Below are positions 50,156 through 60,266 of a DNA stretch of 64,000 nucleotides, piece after piece. The notes under the pieces were generated by a model that did no database searches, was not told where the DNA came from, and saw only the letters and a program-made list of their open reading frames with translations. The translations under genes were made by a program, and so were the position numbers. The DNA lies in IMG/VR virus record IMGVR_UViG_3300027788_000008, positions 1-64,000 of that record. One strand, 5' to 3'. This DNA comes from a virus. How positions within the stretch are numbered: position 1 is the first letter of the stretch; each line of letters opens with the position of its first letter.

Positions 50156-50548
50156 ATGAGTGATGATAAAGAAGACAAAGATAATGATTATGAATTTGCT
50201 CGAGAGACTCTGTATGATATGATCTGTAAAGGTCGTGATGGCGTAGAGGAAATGCTCGAGGTTGCGAAAGCATCTGAGCATCCCCGCGCATATGAAGTGC
50301 TAGCAAAACTGATGAAGGATACTGCTGATGTTTCTGGACAACTACTACACCTCCACCAACAAAAGAAAAATATAGAGAAGGTAGACAGAGCATCCACACC
50401 AACATCTTCTGGCGACACTAACGTGTTCATTGGTTCTACCACAGACCTCCAACGTATGTTGAAGGATATAAATGGCGAAAAGGATGTGATTCCGACAGAT
50501 TATGACACAATTGAAGATTCCACAGATAGTCGACACGACCAAGAATAA
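50156..50548 (+). CDS. 16: Terminase small subunit gp16
   Basis: DYEFARE, HPRAYEV, VFIGSTTDLQ. Confidence 0.93.
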   Translation: MSDDKEDKDNDYEFARETLYDMICKGRDGVEEMLEVAKASEHPRAYEVLAKLMKDTADVSGQLLHLHQQKKNIEKVDRASTPTSSGDTNVFIGSTTDLQRMLKDINGEKDVIPTDYDTIEDSTDSRHDQE

Positions 50549-52145
50549 GTCAGATACAAATTATCTCGCTAACCCACATATCAAACGGGACGGCATAGAA
50601 GAAGATTGGACAAAAGAGAAGGTGGGGGAATATGCCAAGTGCATGTCTGACCCATCATACTTTGCTCGAGCATATCTTAAAGTGATCAACTTGAACGATG
50701 GTCTGGTTCCATTTGAACTATATCCATATCAAGAAGAAATGTTCAATCATTTCAACAATAACAGATTCTCCGTAATCCTTGCATGTCGCCAGTCGGGTAA
50801 GTCTATATCCTCTGTTGGATACATTCTATGGTATGCTCTATTTCACCCCGAGAAGAATATCGCTATTGTAGCAAACAAAGGTGCTACTGCGAGAGAAATG
50901 CTCTCTCGTGTTACCCTTATGTTGGAGAACCTCCCGTTCTTTCTACAACCTGGATGTAAGAGTCTGAACAAAGGCACCATTGAATTCAGCAACAACTCAA
51001 AGATATTCGCAGCTGCCACTTCGGGATCTTCTATTCGTGGTCAGTCGGTCAACCTGCTGTTTATGGATGAGTTTGCCTTTGTCGAGAAAGCAGCTGAGTT
51101 CTATACGTCAACATACCCTGTTGTATCTTCTGGTAAGAATACAAAGGTCATCGTGACTTCCACTGCTAATGGCATCGGTAATCCTTTCCATAAGATATGG
51201 GAAGGTGCTGTACAAGGCGTGAATGAATTCAAACCATTTCGTGTTGACTGGTGGGATGTTCCTGGAAGGGACGAGAAGTGGAAGGCAGAAACAATCGCAA
51301 ACACTTCACAAATACAGTTCGACCAAGAATTCGGAAACACATTCTTTGGAACTGGAGATACCCTCATTAACCCTGAAACCCTTCTAAACTTGAAGACTTC
51401 TCGTCCCAAGAAGATCCTTGAGGGTGGCGATCTACTTGTATATGATGAAACCCGCAAGGGTTCGCAATACGTCATGTGTGTTGATGTTGCAAAAGGCAGG
51501 GGGCAGGATTTCTCTACGTTTAACGTGATCGATATTACTAGCAGACCATTCAAGCAGGTCGCTGTCTATCGCAACAATCTTATATCTCCGTTGCTCTTTC
51601 CAGATATTATTTATAAATGGGCAAATTCCTACAATGAGGCATACGTTATTATAGAATCAAACGATGCTGGTGCAATTGTTTGTAATGGTATCTACCATGA
51701 GATGGAATATGAAAACGTACACATGGAGTCAATGACCAAGTCCAGTGGTATTGGTGTAGAGATGACACGAAGAATAAAGAGAATAGGTTGTTCTGGATTT
51801 AAAGACCTATTAGAGACAAATAAACTTGAAGTTGTAGATGAAAATACCATACTAGAGATCTCTACATTTGAGGTTAAGGGTGCTTCATATGAAGCGTCCT
51901 CTGGTAACCATGATGATCTTGTTATGAACTTTGTTATGTTTGGATACCTAACATCGACAACGTTCTTTCAAGAGTTGACTGACATAGATATTAAGAAGAT
52001 GATGTTTGACCAAAGGATGAGAGAGATTGAAGAAGATGTACCACCATTTGGTTTCCAGGACAACACTGGCGTGGAAGAGATTACTTACGAACAGAGAATG
52101 GATCCATGGAGCATGTTGCACGGAGATGAGGAGATCCTTTCGTAG
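50502..52145 (+). CDS. 17: Terminase large subunit gp17
   Basis: RQSGKS, MDEFAF, STANG, DVAKG.GQD, HDDLVM. Confidence 0.97.
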   Translation: MTQLKIPQIVDTTKNKSDTNYLANPHIKRDGIEEDWTKEKVGEYAKCMSDPSYFARAYLKVINLNDGLVPFELYPYQEEMFNHFNNNRFSVILACRQSGKSISSVGYILWYALFHPEKNIAIVANKGATAREMLSRVTLMLENLPFFLQPGCKSLNKGTIEFSNNSKIFAAATSGSSIRGQSVNLLFMDEFAFVEKAAEFYTSTYPVVSSGKNTKVIVTSTANGIGNPFHKIWEGAVQGVNEFKPFRVDWWDVPGRDEKWKAETIANTSQIQFDQEFGNTFFGTGDTLINPETLLNLKTSRPKKILEGGDLLVYDETRKGSQYVMCVDVAKGRGQDFSTFNVIDITSRPFKQVAVYRNNLISPLLFPDIIYKWANSYNEAYVIIESNDAGAIVCNGIYHEMEYENVHMESMTKSSGIGVEMTRRIKRIGCSGFKDLLETNKLEVVDENTILEISTFEVKGASYEASSGNHDDLVMNFVMFGYLTSTTFFQELTDIDIKKMMFDQRMREIEEDVPPFGFQDNTGVEEITYEQRMDPWSMLHGDEEILS

Positions 52146-52156
52146 ATCGTGATAGT

Positions 52157-52164
52157 TATAAATA
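52157..52164 (+). promoter_or_regulatory. Late promoter
   Basis: TATAAATA before gp18. Confidence 0.8.
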
Positions 52165-52241
52165 AGAGCATTGAACGCTCGATGGCGGGTGTCATCCTTA
52201 TAATGATACATATAATTTTCGATCGAAACGAGGAATAAAAA

Positions 52242-54077
52242 ATGGCACTAACAACTTCCATGTCCCCCGCAATCGATGTTAAAGAAATAGATCTCACTGG
52301 TGTTGCGCCAAATGTAGAAACTTCTTTAACAGGAATGGTGGGTCAATTTCAATGGGGTCCAGTAAACGAACCTACTTCTATTCAGAATAAACAACAACTC
52401 GTAGAGGTATTCGGAACTCCGTCTCCCACTAATGCTGTTGATTTTTACTCTGCTGATAAGTACCTTCAATACTCATCCAACCTTATAATCAACCGACAAA
52501 TAACTCAGACCGGCGAACCTGATGCTACAGATAGCGCACTGAACTCCACCTTGTCTGGAGGAGTCCTTCTGGTAGAGAACGATAAATCTTGGGAAGGTAT
52601 ATCGACAACCGAAACGTTTGTTGGAAAATATCCTGGATCATTAGGAAACTCTTTGTCAGTTTCTATTTTTGCTATTGAGAGTGGATCAAATGATTCCGCT
52701 TCTGCCACGCTCGATAACTGGGTCTCGTGGCCGTATGCTAATCGTTTTGATGGTATCCCAGGAACTTCTACTTGGGCAAGACAGCAATCTACTTCGACAG
52801 TACATGATGAGGTTCATGTTGTTGTTATCGATCACGGTGGCAAGATCAGCGGCACAAAGAATACTGTACTTGAAATCTACCCATATGTTTCTGTTGCCTA
52901 CGGTGCAAAGACTGTGGACAACGGTAACAACTACATAGGTGATGCTATCAATAATGGTTCATCTTATATTCGTTTCGGCGACTGGACGAAAACAGCTGGC
53001 GTCATCGACGCAGCTGCCATCACCGCATCCCCTTGCGTCTTAGGAGCTAACTGGGGAAAGACACCAGAAGCAGCTGTCAATGCCGGCGTATCAGACTTCG
53101 CCACGGACGTCGCAGTACTCGACTTTACGGCCGCCGGTAAGGTGACAAATCCGTTAACGGGCGGAGCAGACCACCAAGCACTGACTACTGGTGATTTTGC
53201 CCTTGCATTTGATAACTTCGAAGACCCTGAAGCAGTTGATGTTCAGATTTTGGTCGCTCCAGGTATGACGACTTCCGCGTCTCAAATTACAGTAGTCAAT
53301 GACCTCGTGGCCATTGCTGAGGGGATTCGTAAGGATTGCGTCATTGTTACTTCGCCAGACCGAACGTCTGTTGTTAACAATGCAAACCCTGTGGGCACCA
53401 GCATTTTAACATGTAACGGTTTCAGTGCGTCCAACTACTTGTTTGTTGATAACAACTATCTGCGCGTTCGGGACGAATATAATGATAATTATATCTACAT
53501 CCCTGCTGCCTCAAGCACTGCTGGTTTGTTTGCTGCTACTGATGCCAATTATGGTCCATGGTACTCGCCTGCTGGTGAACAGCGTGGAGAATACCTTGGC
53601 ATCAGTGATTTGGCGTACACTCCTAATAAGAGCGACCGTGACACTCTGTATAAAGTTGGGATCAACCCAATAGTACAGTTCAGTGGAAGGGGCGTCTTGT
53701 TGTTCGGCGACAAGACCAAGCAATCACGACCAAGTGCGTTTGACCGCATTAACGTTCGTCGTCTGTTCCTTGCTATTGAGAAATCTATCGCAATCGCTGC
53801 TCGCAACTTTATGTTCGAGTTCAATGATGATTTCACCCGCTCTGAGTTTGTTGCGATCGTAGAACCTCTTCTGCGTGAAATACAATCACGAAGAGGTATC
53901 AGCGATTTCTTCGTTCAGTGTGATAATAGAAACAATACATCAGAAGTCATTGCACGAAATGAAATGGTCGCTTCTATGTTCATTAAACCTGCTTACTCAA
54001 TCAACTTCATTACTCTCAACTTCGTTGCTACCCGCGACGGGTCGGCGTTCGAAGAAGTTGTTGGTACGCTTTCTTAA
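52242..54077 (+). CDS. 18: Tail sheath gp18
   Basis: SP...KEIDLT, PWYSPAG, SAFDRINVRRLF, FEFND. Confidence 0.97.
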   Translation: MALTTSMSPAIDVKEIDLTGVAPNVETSLTGMVGQFQWGPVNEPTSIQNKQQLVEVFGTPSPTNAVDFYSADKYLQYSSNLIINRQITQTGEPDATDSALNSTLSGGVLLVENDKSWEGISTTETFVGKYPGSLGNSLSVSIFAIESGSNDSASATLDNWVSWPYANRFDGIPGTSTWARQQSTSTVHDEVHVVVIDHGGKISGTKNTVLEIYPYVSVAYGAKTVDNGNNYIGDAINNGSSYIRFGDWTKTAGVIDAAAITASPCVLGANWGKTPEAAVNAGVSDFATDVAVLDFTAAGKVTNPLTGGADHQALTTGDFALAFDNFEDPEAVDVQILVAPGMTTSASQITVVNDLVAIAEGIRKDCVIVTSPDRTSVVNNANPVGTSILTCNGFSASNYLFVDNNYLRVRDEYNDNYIYIPAASSTAGLFAATDANYGPWYSPAGEQRGEYLGISDLAYTPNKSDRDTLYKVGINPIVQFSGRGVLLFGDKTKQSRPSAFDRINVRRLFLAIEKSIAIAARNFMFEFNDDFTRSEFVAIVEPLLREIQSRRGISDFFVQCDNRNNTSEVIARNEMVASMFIKPAYSINFITLNFVATRDGSAFEEVVGTLS

Positions 54078-54100
54078 AAGACATCTAAGGAGAAACAAAG

Positions 54101-54640
54101 ATGGCATTTTTACAAGTAGACGATTTTAAAGGCAAGATGAAAGGTGGCGGTGCTCGGGCCAACATGTTTGAAGTTAATGTCAATTATCCAGGATATACTG
54201 GTGGACAGAAAGAAATGACTAACTTTATGTGTCGTGCGGCATCACTGCCTGGATCGACCATTGCAGCTGTGGAAGTCCCATTCCGTGGTCGTATCATTAA
54301 ACTTGCGGGAGACCGCACGTTTGAACCTTGGCAGTTGACTGTATATAACGACACAACGTTTGAAGTCCGTGATGCTTTTGAAGCATGGATGGATGGCATG
54401 AATACTCATGCTGGAAACTCCGCCGAGAGAGCAAACAATAACGGTGTCGGAACATATGCTACCAATATGGAAGTCATACAACTGAATCAACTTGGTGAAG
54501 GAGTCAAGACTTACTTCTTGAAGAACTGTTTCCCAACTAACGTATCTGCGATCGACCTTGATTATTCACAAGCAGGCGAGATCGAGCAGTTCACCGTTAC
54601 TATTGAGTATGATTACTGGACAAACGACAACACCAACTAA
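54101..54640 (+). CDS. 19: Tail tube gp19
   Basis: GGARANMF, PFRGR, GDRTFEPW, IEQFTVT. Confidence 0.97.
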   Translation: MAFLQVDDFKGKMKGGGARANMFEVNVNYPGYTGGQKEMTNFMCRAASLPGSTIAAVEVPFRGRIIKLAGDRTFEPWQLTVYNDTTFEVRDAFEAWMDGMNTHAGNSAERANNNGVGTYATNMEVIQLNQLGEGVKTYFLKNCFPTNVSAIDLDYSQAGEIEQFTVTIEYDYWTNDNTN

Positions 54641-54663
54641 GGTTGGCGAGTCGTCCTAAGTAT

Positions 54664-54694
54664 AAGCAGGGGGAGGAAACTCCTCCTGCTTTTC
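54664..54694 (+). terminator. Terminator-like hairpin after gene 19
   Basis: GCAGGGGGAG-GAAA-CTCCTCCTGC followed by TTTT. Confidence 0.65.
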
Positions 54695-54730
54695 ATCACT
54701 ATATAATGCAATTACGAACAAGGAAAGAAA

Positions 54731-56296
54731 ATGGCAGACAACGGTATTAAACTGTTTGGATTCGAGATAAATCGTTCCAAGAAAGACAAGGAAGCAGTTG
54801 AATCAATTCCTTCAGGCAGCGTTGTGCCACCAACAGACGATGATGGTACTGGTTATGTAACCTCGTCACCTCTGGTCTCTGGCACATACATGGACATCTA
54901 TGCCGACCTAAAATTTAAAGATCAAGCAGATCTTATCCGAAAATATCGCGCCAATTCAACCCACCCTGAAGTGGACATGGCTATAGAAGAAATCGTCAAT
55001 GAAGCAATTGTTATTCCAGATGACGAAAACGTGGTTGAAGTAAACCTCGATAATGTTGAAATCTCAGCAAACATTAAAAAGAAAGTACACGCAGAGTTCC
55101 AACATGTACTGAACATGTTAACATTCAACGAAAGAGCACACGACATTTTTCGCTCCTGGTATGTTGATGGTAGGTTATACCACCACCTAATTGTTGACAA
55201 ATCTCAACTCAAAAATGGTATCCAGGAAGTTCGTTATATCGACTCCACCAAAGTCCGTAAGGTCAAGAACGTCAAGAAGAAAGTTGACGCAGCAACAGGC
55301 GTATCTGTTGTAGACAAGATAGAAGAGTTCTATATCTATAATGAGAAACCTGTCGGCGATAAATCGAACGCAGCATCTCACACAATAGATGCGAAGAATA
55401 CTTCTGTCAGACTGAGTAACGATTCTGTTAGTTATGTTACCTCCGGTTTGTTAGATGAATCGAGGACAATGGTCGTCTCCCACTTACACAAAGCAATGCG
55501 CCCAATGAACCAACTGCGCATGATGGAAGACTCCCTCATTATCTACAGATTAGCAAGGGCACCTGAGCGTAGAATTTTCTATGTAGATACTGGTAACTTG
55601 CCACGTGGTAAGTCTGAGGCATATGTCAACAACCTAATGACACGCTACAGAAACAAACTTGTGTATGATCAAACGACAGGCGAACTGAAAGATTCTCGCA
55701 AGCACATGTCTATGCTGGACGACTTCTGGTTACCTCGACGTGAAGGAGGCCGCGGTACTGAAGTGACTACACTTCCAGGCGGTACAAACCTTGGCGAAAT
55801 TGATGATGTTAAATATTTCCAACGCAAAGTATACCAAGCATTGAACGTGCCTGTTTCTCGCCTTGAGCAAGAACAGGCATACTCCTTGGGTCGTGCGACT
55901 GAGATAAACCGTGAGGAAATAAAATTCCAGAAGTTTATTACTCGACTTCGCGCAAGGTTCAGCAAGTTGTTCTATCATATTTTGCGCCAACAGTTAGTGT
56001 TGAAGGGGGTCATCACTGATGCAGATTGGCAAGAACTCTTTCACAACCGTATCCGAGTCGAGTTCTATAAAGATAATCATTACACAGAGTTGAAAGACGC
56101 TGAAGTAATGACTCAAAGACTCCAACTGGTCGATCAAGCATCACAGTATGTTGGAGAGTACCTGAGTAAAGAGTGGGTAATGACGAATATTTTCCGCTTC
56201 ACCAAAGAAGAAGCGGAAGAGATGGCCACCACTATCAAGGCAGAAATAGAATCTGGTGATGTTGATCCAGACGCAGATGAAAAAGAGCAAAACTGA
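54731..56296 (+). CDS. 20: Portal protein gp20
   Basis: WYVDGR, RAPERRIFYVDTGNLP, WLPRREGGRGTE. Confidence 0.98.
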   Translation: MADNGIKLFGFEINRSKKDKEAVESIPSGSVVPPTDDDGTGYVTSSPLVSGTYMDIYADLKFKDQADLIRKYRANSTHPEVDMAIEEIVNEAIVIPDDENVVEVNLDNVEISANIKKKVHAEFQHVLNMLTFNERAHDIFRSWYVDGRLYHHLIVDKSQLKNGIQEVRYIDSTKVRKVKNVKKKVDAATGVSVVDKIEEFYIYNEKPVGDKSNAASHTIDAKNTSVRLSNDSVSYVTSGLLDESRTMVVSHLHKAMRPMNQLRMMEDSLIIYRLARAPERRIFYVDTGNLPRGKSEAYVNNLMTRYRNKLVYDQTTGELKDSRKHMSMLDDFWLPRREGGRGTEVTTLPGGTNLGEIDDVKYFQRKVYQALNVPVSRLEQEQAYSLGRATEINREEIKFQKFITRLRARFSKLFYHILRQQLVLKGVITDADWQELFHNRIRVEFYKDNHYTELKDAEVMTQRLQLVDQASQYVGEYLSKEWVMTNIFRFTKEEAEEMATTIKAEIESGDVDPDADEKEQN

Positions 56297-56340
56297 TACT
56301 CGGAAGAGTATCATAAACATGTAAATTATTGGAGATTATA

Positions 56341-56718
56341 ATGAGTGAAGAAACTGTAGATTATGAAGTGATTACACCAAGCATAGAAAATATGCTAGAT
56401 GCCATCAAAGGCAATAAACCACTAGACTCGGGCAAGATATTCGCCGATCTCATGTCGGGTAAGATCGAAGATGCTCTTGAACAAGAGAAAATTCGCATTG
56501 CTGACGCTGTTTATAATAGAGACGGTTCCGATGATGAAGAAACTGAGGAAGAAACTGAGGAAGAAGAATTTGAGTCCGACGTTGAAGATGAATCCGAAGT
56601 TGAAGATGAATCCGACGTTGAGGAAGTTGAACACGAACTCGAATATGACGTTGAAGAAGAATCTGATGAAGAGATAGAGATGGATATCGAAGACATCCTT
56701 GATGAAGACGAAGATTAG
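56341..56718 (+). CDS. Acidic prohead core protein (gp67-like)
   Basis: Follows portal; E/D-rich tail with 12- and 18-bp tandem repeats at about 56536-56621. Confidence 0.65.
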   Translation: MSEETVDYEVITPSIENMLDAIKGNKPLDSGKIFADLMSGKIEDALEQEKIRIADAVYNRDGSDDEETEEETEEEEFESDVEDESEVEDESDVEEVEHELEYDVEEESDEEIEMDIEDILDEDED

Positions 56719-56724
56719 AGATAG

Positions 56725-56732
56725 TATAAATA
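56725..56732 (+). promoter_or_regulatory. Late promoter
   Basis: TATAAATA, 6 nt before ATG 56739. Confidence 0.8.
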
Positions 56733-56738
56733 AACAAT

Positions 56739-56939
56739 ATGAGATACTTTACAGAGTTGCGAAATAAAACACCGATAGGCGATCTAGTCTACAGCAAGAA
56801 ACACAACAGAGTTGTTTGTGCTGTATATAAGACCAAGAAAGGTTTTGATGCGTATATTGACGGTGATCATCTCGACACCTTCCGTTCTAATAAGGACGCT
56901 GTAAAAGCAATAGAGACTGCAATCAAGGAATTATTTTAA
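56739..56939 (+). CDS. Small conserved head-module protein
   Basis: AYIDGDHLD motif; TAATG overlap with gp21. Confidence 0.7.
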   Translation: MRYFTELRNKTPIGDLVYSKKHNRVVCAVYKTKKGFDAYIDGDHLDTFRSNKDAVKAIETAIKELF

Positions 56940-57604
56940 TGAAACTGATCGCTGAATTCAATGAACAGAATGTCAACTGCATCGTCGAGAAAAACGAGAA
57001 AGGCGAAAAGTCTTACTTCATTGAAGGTGTATTTGCACAAGCAGAGCAAAAGAATCGGAACGGTAGAATCTACCCGAAGAAAATTATGAAGTCTGCTGTG
57101 GACAAGTATGTCGAAGAGCAAGTTTCAAAGAACCGAGCAGTTGGCGAGTTGAACCATCCTGAAGGTCCAACAGTCAACCTCGACAAAGTTTCGCATCTCA
57201 TCACTGACCTTCATTTTGAAGGCAATGATGTGGTCGGAAAGGCATCAATATTAGATACTCCGATGGGTAAAATTGTAAAAGGTTTGCTTGCAGGTGGTGT
57301 CAACCTTGGTGTCTCAACTCGTGGAATGGGTAGTCTTGAGCAACGTGGCGGTGCCTCGTATGTTGGAGAAGACTTTGTTTTAAGTACAATTGATATTGTA
57401 CAAGATCCATCAGCACCAAACGCTTTCGTTAATGGAATTATGGAAGGTGTTGACTGGTACTGGAACAAAGGAATCTTAGTGGCTCAAGAAATATGTGAAG
57501 AACAAGAGACTGAAATCGTTACTCCTACTGTAAGGGCATATTCGTATGCTGAACAGACTCGTGAGTTCAAAAATTTCCTCTCCTCCCTAAAAGAAACCTT
57601 ATAA
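56939..57604 (+). CDS. 21: Prohead protease gp21
   Basis: NRNGRIYP, GELNHP, GVSTRGMGS, DPSAPNAFV. Confidence 0.97.
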   Translation: MKLIAEFNEQNVNCIVEKNEKGEKSYFIEGVFAQAEQKNRNGRIYPKKIMKSAVDKYVEEQVSKNRAVGELNHPEGPTVNLDKVSHLITDLHFEGNDVVGKASILDTPMGKIVKGLLAGGVNLGVSTRGMGSLEQRGGASYVGEDFVLSTIDIVQDPSAPNAFVNGIMEGVDWYWNKGILVAQEICEEQETEIVTPTVRAYSYAEQTREFKNFLSSLKETL

Positions 57605-57616
57605 AAGGAGTCCATT

Positions 57617-58639
57617 ATGGATGAAGAAAGCAATATAGAACTTCATGACGAAGTTGTAGAAGAAACCGATAAGAACACTGAAGATCAGTCTGTTGCGTCA
57701 GTAGACAAAGCAGCAGATGGTACTTCCCAAGCACCAGCACGCAAGGGTGACAAGAAGAACAGTGATCCAATGCCAAAAACCAAAGGTGCAATGATCAACG
57801 CCATGTATAGCAAATTGAGCGGTATGAAGAAGCAAGACCTTGCTGCTTCTTACAGTTCTGTTATGGGCGAAGACGTTGACTTTTCTGATGAAGAAGTTTT
57901 TGCAGAAGAATCTGCTGACTACTCTGAAGAATTGACTGCGCTGGTCGAGTCTGAAGCAACTCTTTCCGAAGAGTTCAAAATTAAGACTGCTGTCATTTTT
58001 GAAGCGGCATTGAATGCAAAACTCGCTGAAGAAGTTGAGCGAATTGAAGATGCTTATGAAACTAAACTTTCGGAAGAATGTGAATCACATTCTGAAGAGC
58101 TAGTTGAGAAAGTAGATTCCTACCTAAACTATGTAGTTGAGAACTGGATGGCAGAGAACGAAGTTGCTGTTCAAAATGGACTGCGCGCCGAGATCGCTGA
58201 GAACTTTATGGAGAATCTGAAAGGATTATTCGTTGAGTCTTATATCGACGTGCCAGAAACCAAGGTCGACTTAGTTGACGATTTGGCAGACCAAGTTGAG
58301 GAACTCGAAGAGGCACTCAATAGAACTACTGAAGAAGCAATCGCACTGAGTGAAGCAGTTGAACTTCTGCAAAGAGACGCTATCGTTTCTGAAGCAGTAA
58401 GCGACCTTGCTGAAACTCAAGCAGAAAAGTTTGAAAAATTAGTTGAAAGTGTAGACTTTGAAGATGCTGAAACTTTCGCATATAAAGTTGCCACTGTCAA
58501 AGAATCTTTCTTTGCCCAAAGTGTTGTGGTAGAAGAAGATGTTATCGAAGATTCTGTTCCTGGCGATGATGTGACCGAAGAAGTTTCTGGTCAAATGTCG
58601 AAATATTTAAACGCAATCCGTAAAGTAAACCAAGTATAA
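57617..58639 (+). CDS. 22: Prohead scaffold gp22
   Basis: LSEEFK..IFEAA, VDSYLNYVVENW. Confidence 0.93.
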   Translation: MDEESNIELHDEVVEETDKNTEDQSVASVDKAADGTSQAPARKGDKKNSDPMPKTKGAMINAMYSKLSGMKKQDLAASYSSVMGEDVDFSDEEVFAEESADYSEELTALVESEATLSEEFKIKTAVIFEAALNAKLAEEVERIEDAYETKLSEECESHSEELVEKVDSYLNYVVENWMAENEVAVQNGLRAEIAENFMENLKGLFVESYIDVPETKVDLVDDLADQVEELEEALNRTTEEAIALSEAVELLQRDAIVSEAVSDLAETQAEKFEKLVESVDFEDAETFAYKVATVKESFFAQSVVVEEDVIEDSVPGDDVTEEVSGQMSKYLNAIRKVNQV

Positions 58640-58666
58640 TAATTACCACTCTAGGAGTTTTAAAAA

Positions 58667-60007
58667 ATGGAAATTAACTACGAAAATCTGGTCGCCAAAT
58701 GGGCACCAGTATTAAACGAAGAGTCAGCTGTAGCCATTACTGACCGCCACCGCCGCAATGTAACTGCTTGTATTCTTGAGAACCAAGAACGCGCTATGAT
58801 TGCTGAAAGTGGACAGTCTCAGTTTATGACTGAAGTTGCTGCTAACGTCACAACATCTGCTGCTAAGTGGGATCCAGTATTGATCTCTCTCGTTCGTCGC
58901 GCTATGCCTAACCTTATGGCATATGACATCTGTGGTGTTCAACCAATGACTGGACCAACTGGTCTGATCTTTGCAATGAAGTCTAAGTATAAGACTACTG
59001 CTGGCGGCGCAACTGCCACTGATGAAGCATTGTTCGGCGAAGCAGTGACTCCATACTCTGGCGACACTGCTGTCACACAAACTGCTGACGGTTCTGGTCT
59101 TGACGGTCTCGACGACACTGGCACCGTAAACACCAGTATCGATGACGAGCGAGCTGGTCCAACTGTTGGTGGTGGTATGACCACTGCAACTGCTGAAGCA
59201 CTCGGCAACACTGGTAATGCATTCTCTGAAATGGGTTTCACCATTGAGAAAGCAACAGTTGAAGCAAAGTCACGTGCCCTGAAAGCAGAGTACACCATTG
59301 AACTAGCACAAGACCTGAAAGCAATTCACGGTCTTGACGCTGAAACAGAACTTGCTAACATCTTGTCTGTTGAAATCCTTGCCGAAATCAACCGTGAAGT
59401 TATCCGTACTGTAAACAGTCAAGCAAAGACTGGTGCTAGCACTGCTAACACCGCACTTAACGGTGTATTCAATCTCGACACTGATGCTGACGGGCGTTGG
59501 TCTGCTGAGAAGTTCAAAGGTCTGATGGTACAACTTGACCGCGAATGTAATGCAATCGCGAAAGAAACTCGTCGTGGTAAAGGAAATGTTGCTATCGTCT
59601 CTTCTGACGTTGCTACTGCTCTTGTTGCTGCTGGCGTGCTGGACTACGCTCCCGCAATCTCTGCTAACCTGCAAGTAGACGATACTGGTAACACCTTTGC
59701 TGGTGTTATTAACGGTCGTATTCGTGTATACATCGATCCATATGCTACTGTCGACTATGTTACTGTCGGGTACAAAGGAACAAACGCTTATGATGCAGGT
59801 ATCTTCTACTGCCCATACGTTCCTCTGCAAATGGTTCGTGCCGTTGGCGAGAATGACTTCCAACCACGTATCGGGTTCAAGACTCGTTATGGTATGGCAG
59901 CTAACCCGTTTGCTGGTACAGGCACTTCAGGTGTGGGCGCAGCAACTGCTAAGACCAACCAGTACTATAGGATCTTCCGAGTTGACGCTCTGATGGTTTC
60001 TACATAA
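58667..60007 (+). CDS. 23: Major capsid protein gp23
   Basis: GVQPMTGPTGLIFAM, ELAQDLKAIHGLDAE, FQPRIGFKTRYG. Confidence 0.99.
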   Translation: MEINYENLVAKWAPVLNEESAVAITDRHRRNVTACILENQERAMIAESGQSQFMTEVAANVTTSAAKWDPVLISLVRRAMPNLMAYDICGVQPMTGPTGLIFAMKSKYKTTAGGATATDEALFGEAVTPYSGDTAVTQTADGSGLDGLDDTGTVNTSIDDERAGPTVGGGMTTATAEALGNTGNAFSEMGFTIEKATVEAKSRALKAEYTIELAQDLKAIHGLDAETELANILSVEILAEINREVIRTVNSQAKTGASTANTALNGVFNLDTDADGRWSAEKFKGLMVQLDRECNAIAKETRRGKGNVAIVSSDVATALVAAGVLDYAPAISANLQVDDTGNTFAGVINGRIRVYIDPYATVDYVTVGYKGTNAYDAGIFYCPYVPLQMVRAVGENDFQPRIGFKTRYGMAANPFAGTGTSGVGAATAKTNQYYRIFRVDALMVST

Positions 60008-60106
60008 TATCCTATAGTACGGTAGAAAGACCTGGACGTCGAACGCGGCGTCCTAACCTTCCCTACCTTGGGACAAAAACCTAAAATAAGAATAACAAGG
60101 TTTATG

Positions 60107-60132
60107 ACCCGCTCTTCGGAGCGGGTTTTTTT
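60107..60132 (+). terminator. Rho-independent terminator after gene 23
   Basis: ACCCGCTC-TTCG-GAGCGGGT followed by a T run. Confidence 0.92.
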
Positions 60133-60212
60133 ATGCCCTCAAAACCTTCAACAACACGTAAAGTAAAATCGCTTCCAAATTTTCCGCTATATTTTTTCGT
60201 CTAAAAACGTTG

Positions 60213-60240
60213 TTGACATTTAAGTCTAAATAGATATAAT
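60213..60240 (+). promoter_or_regulatory. sigma70 promoter with a nested late-like CTAAATA
   Basis: TTGACA-16 bp-TATAAT; TCTAAATA lies inside the spacer. Confidence 0.7.
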
Positions 60241-60266
60241 AGAGAGAGTTAATCGAGGAAAGAACA

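Noticed and set aside
60005-60030. Stop read-through extension of gp23
   Set aside because: An in-frame TAG follows within six codons.
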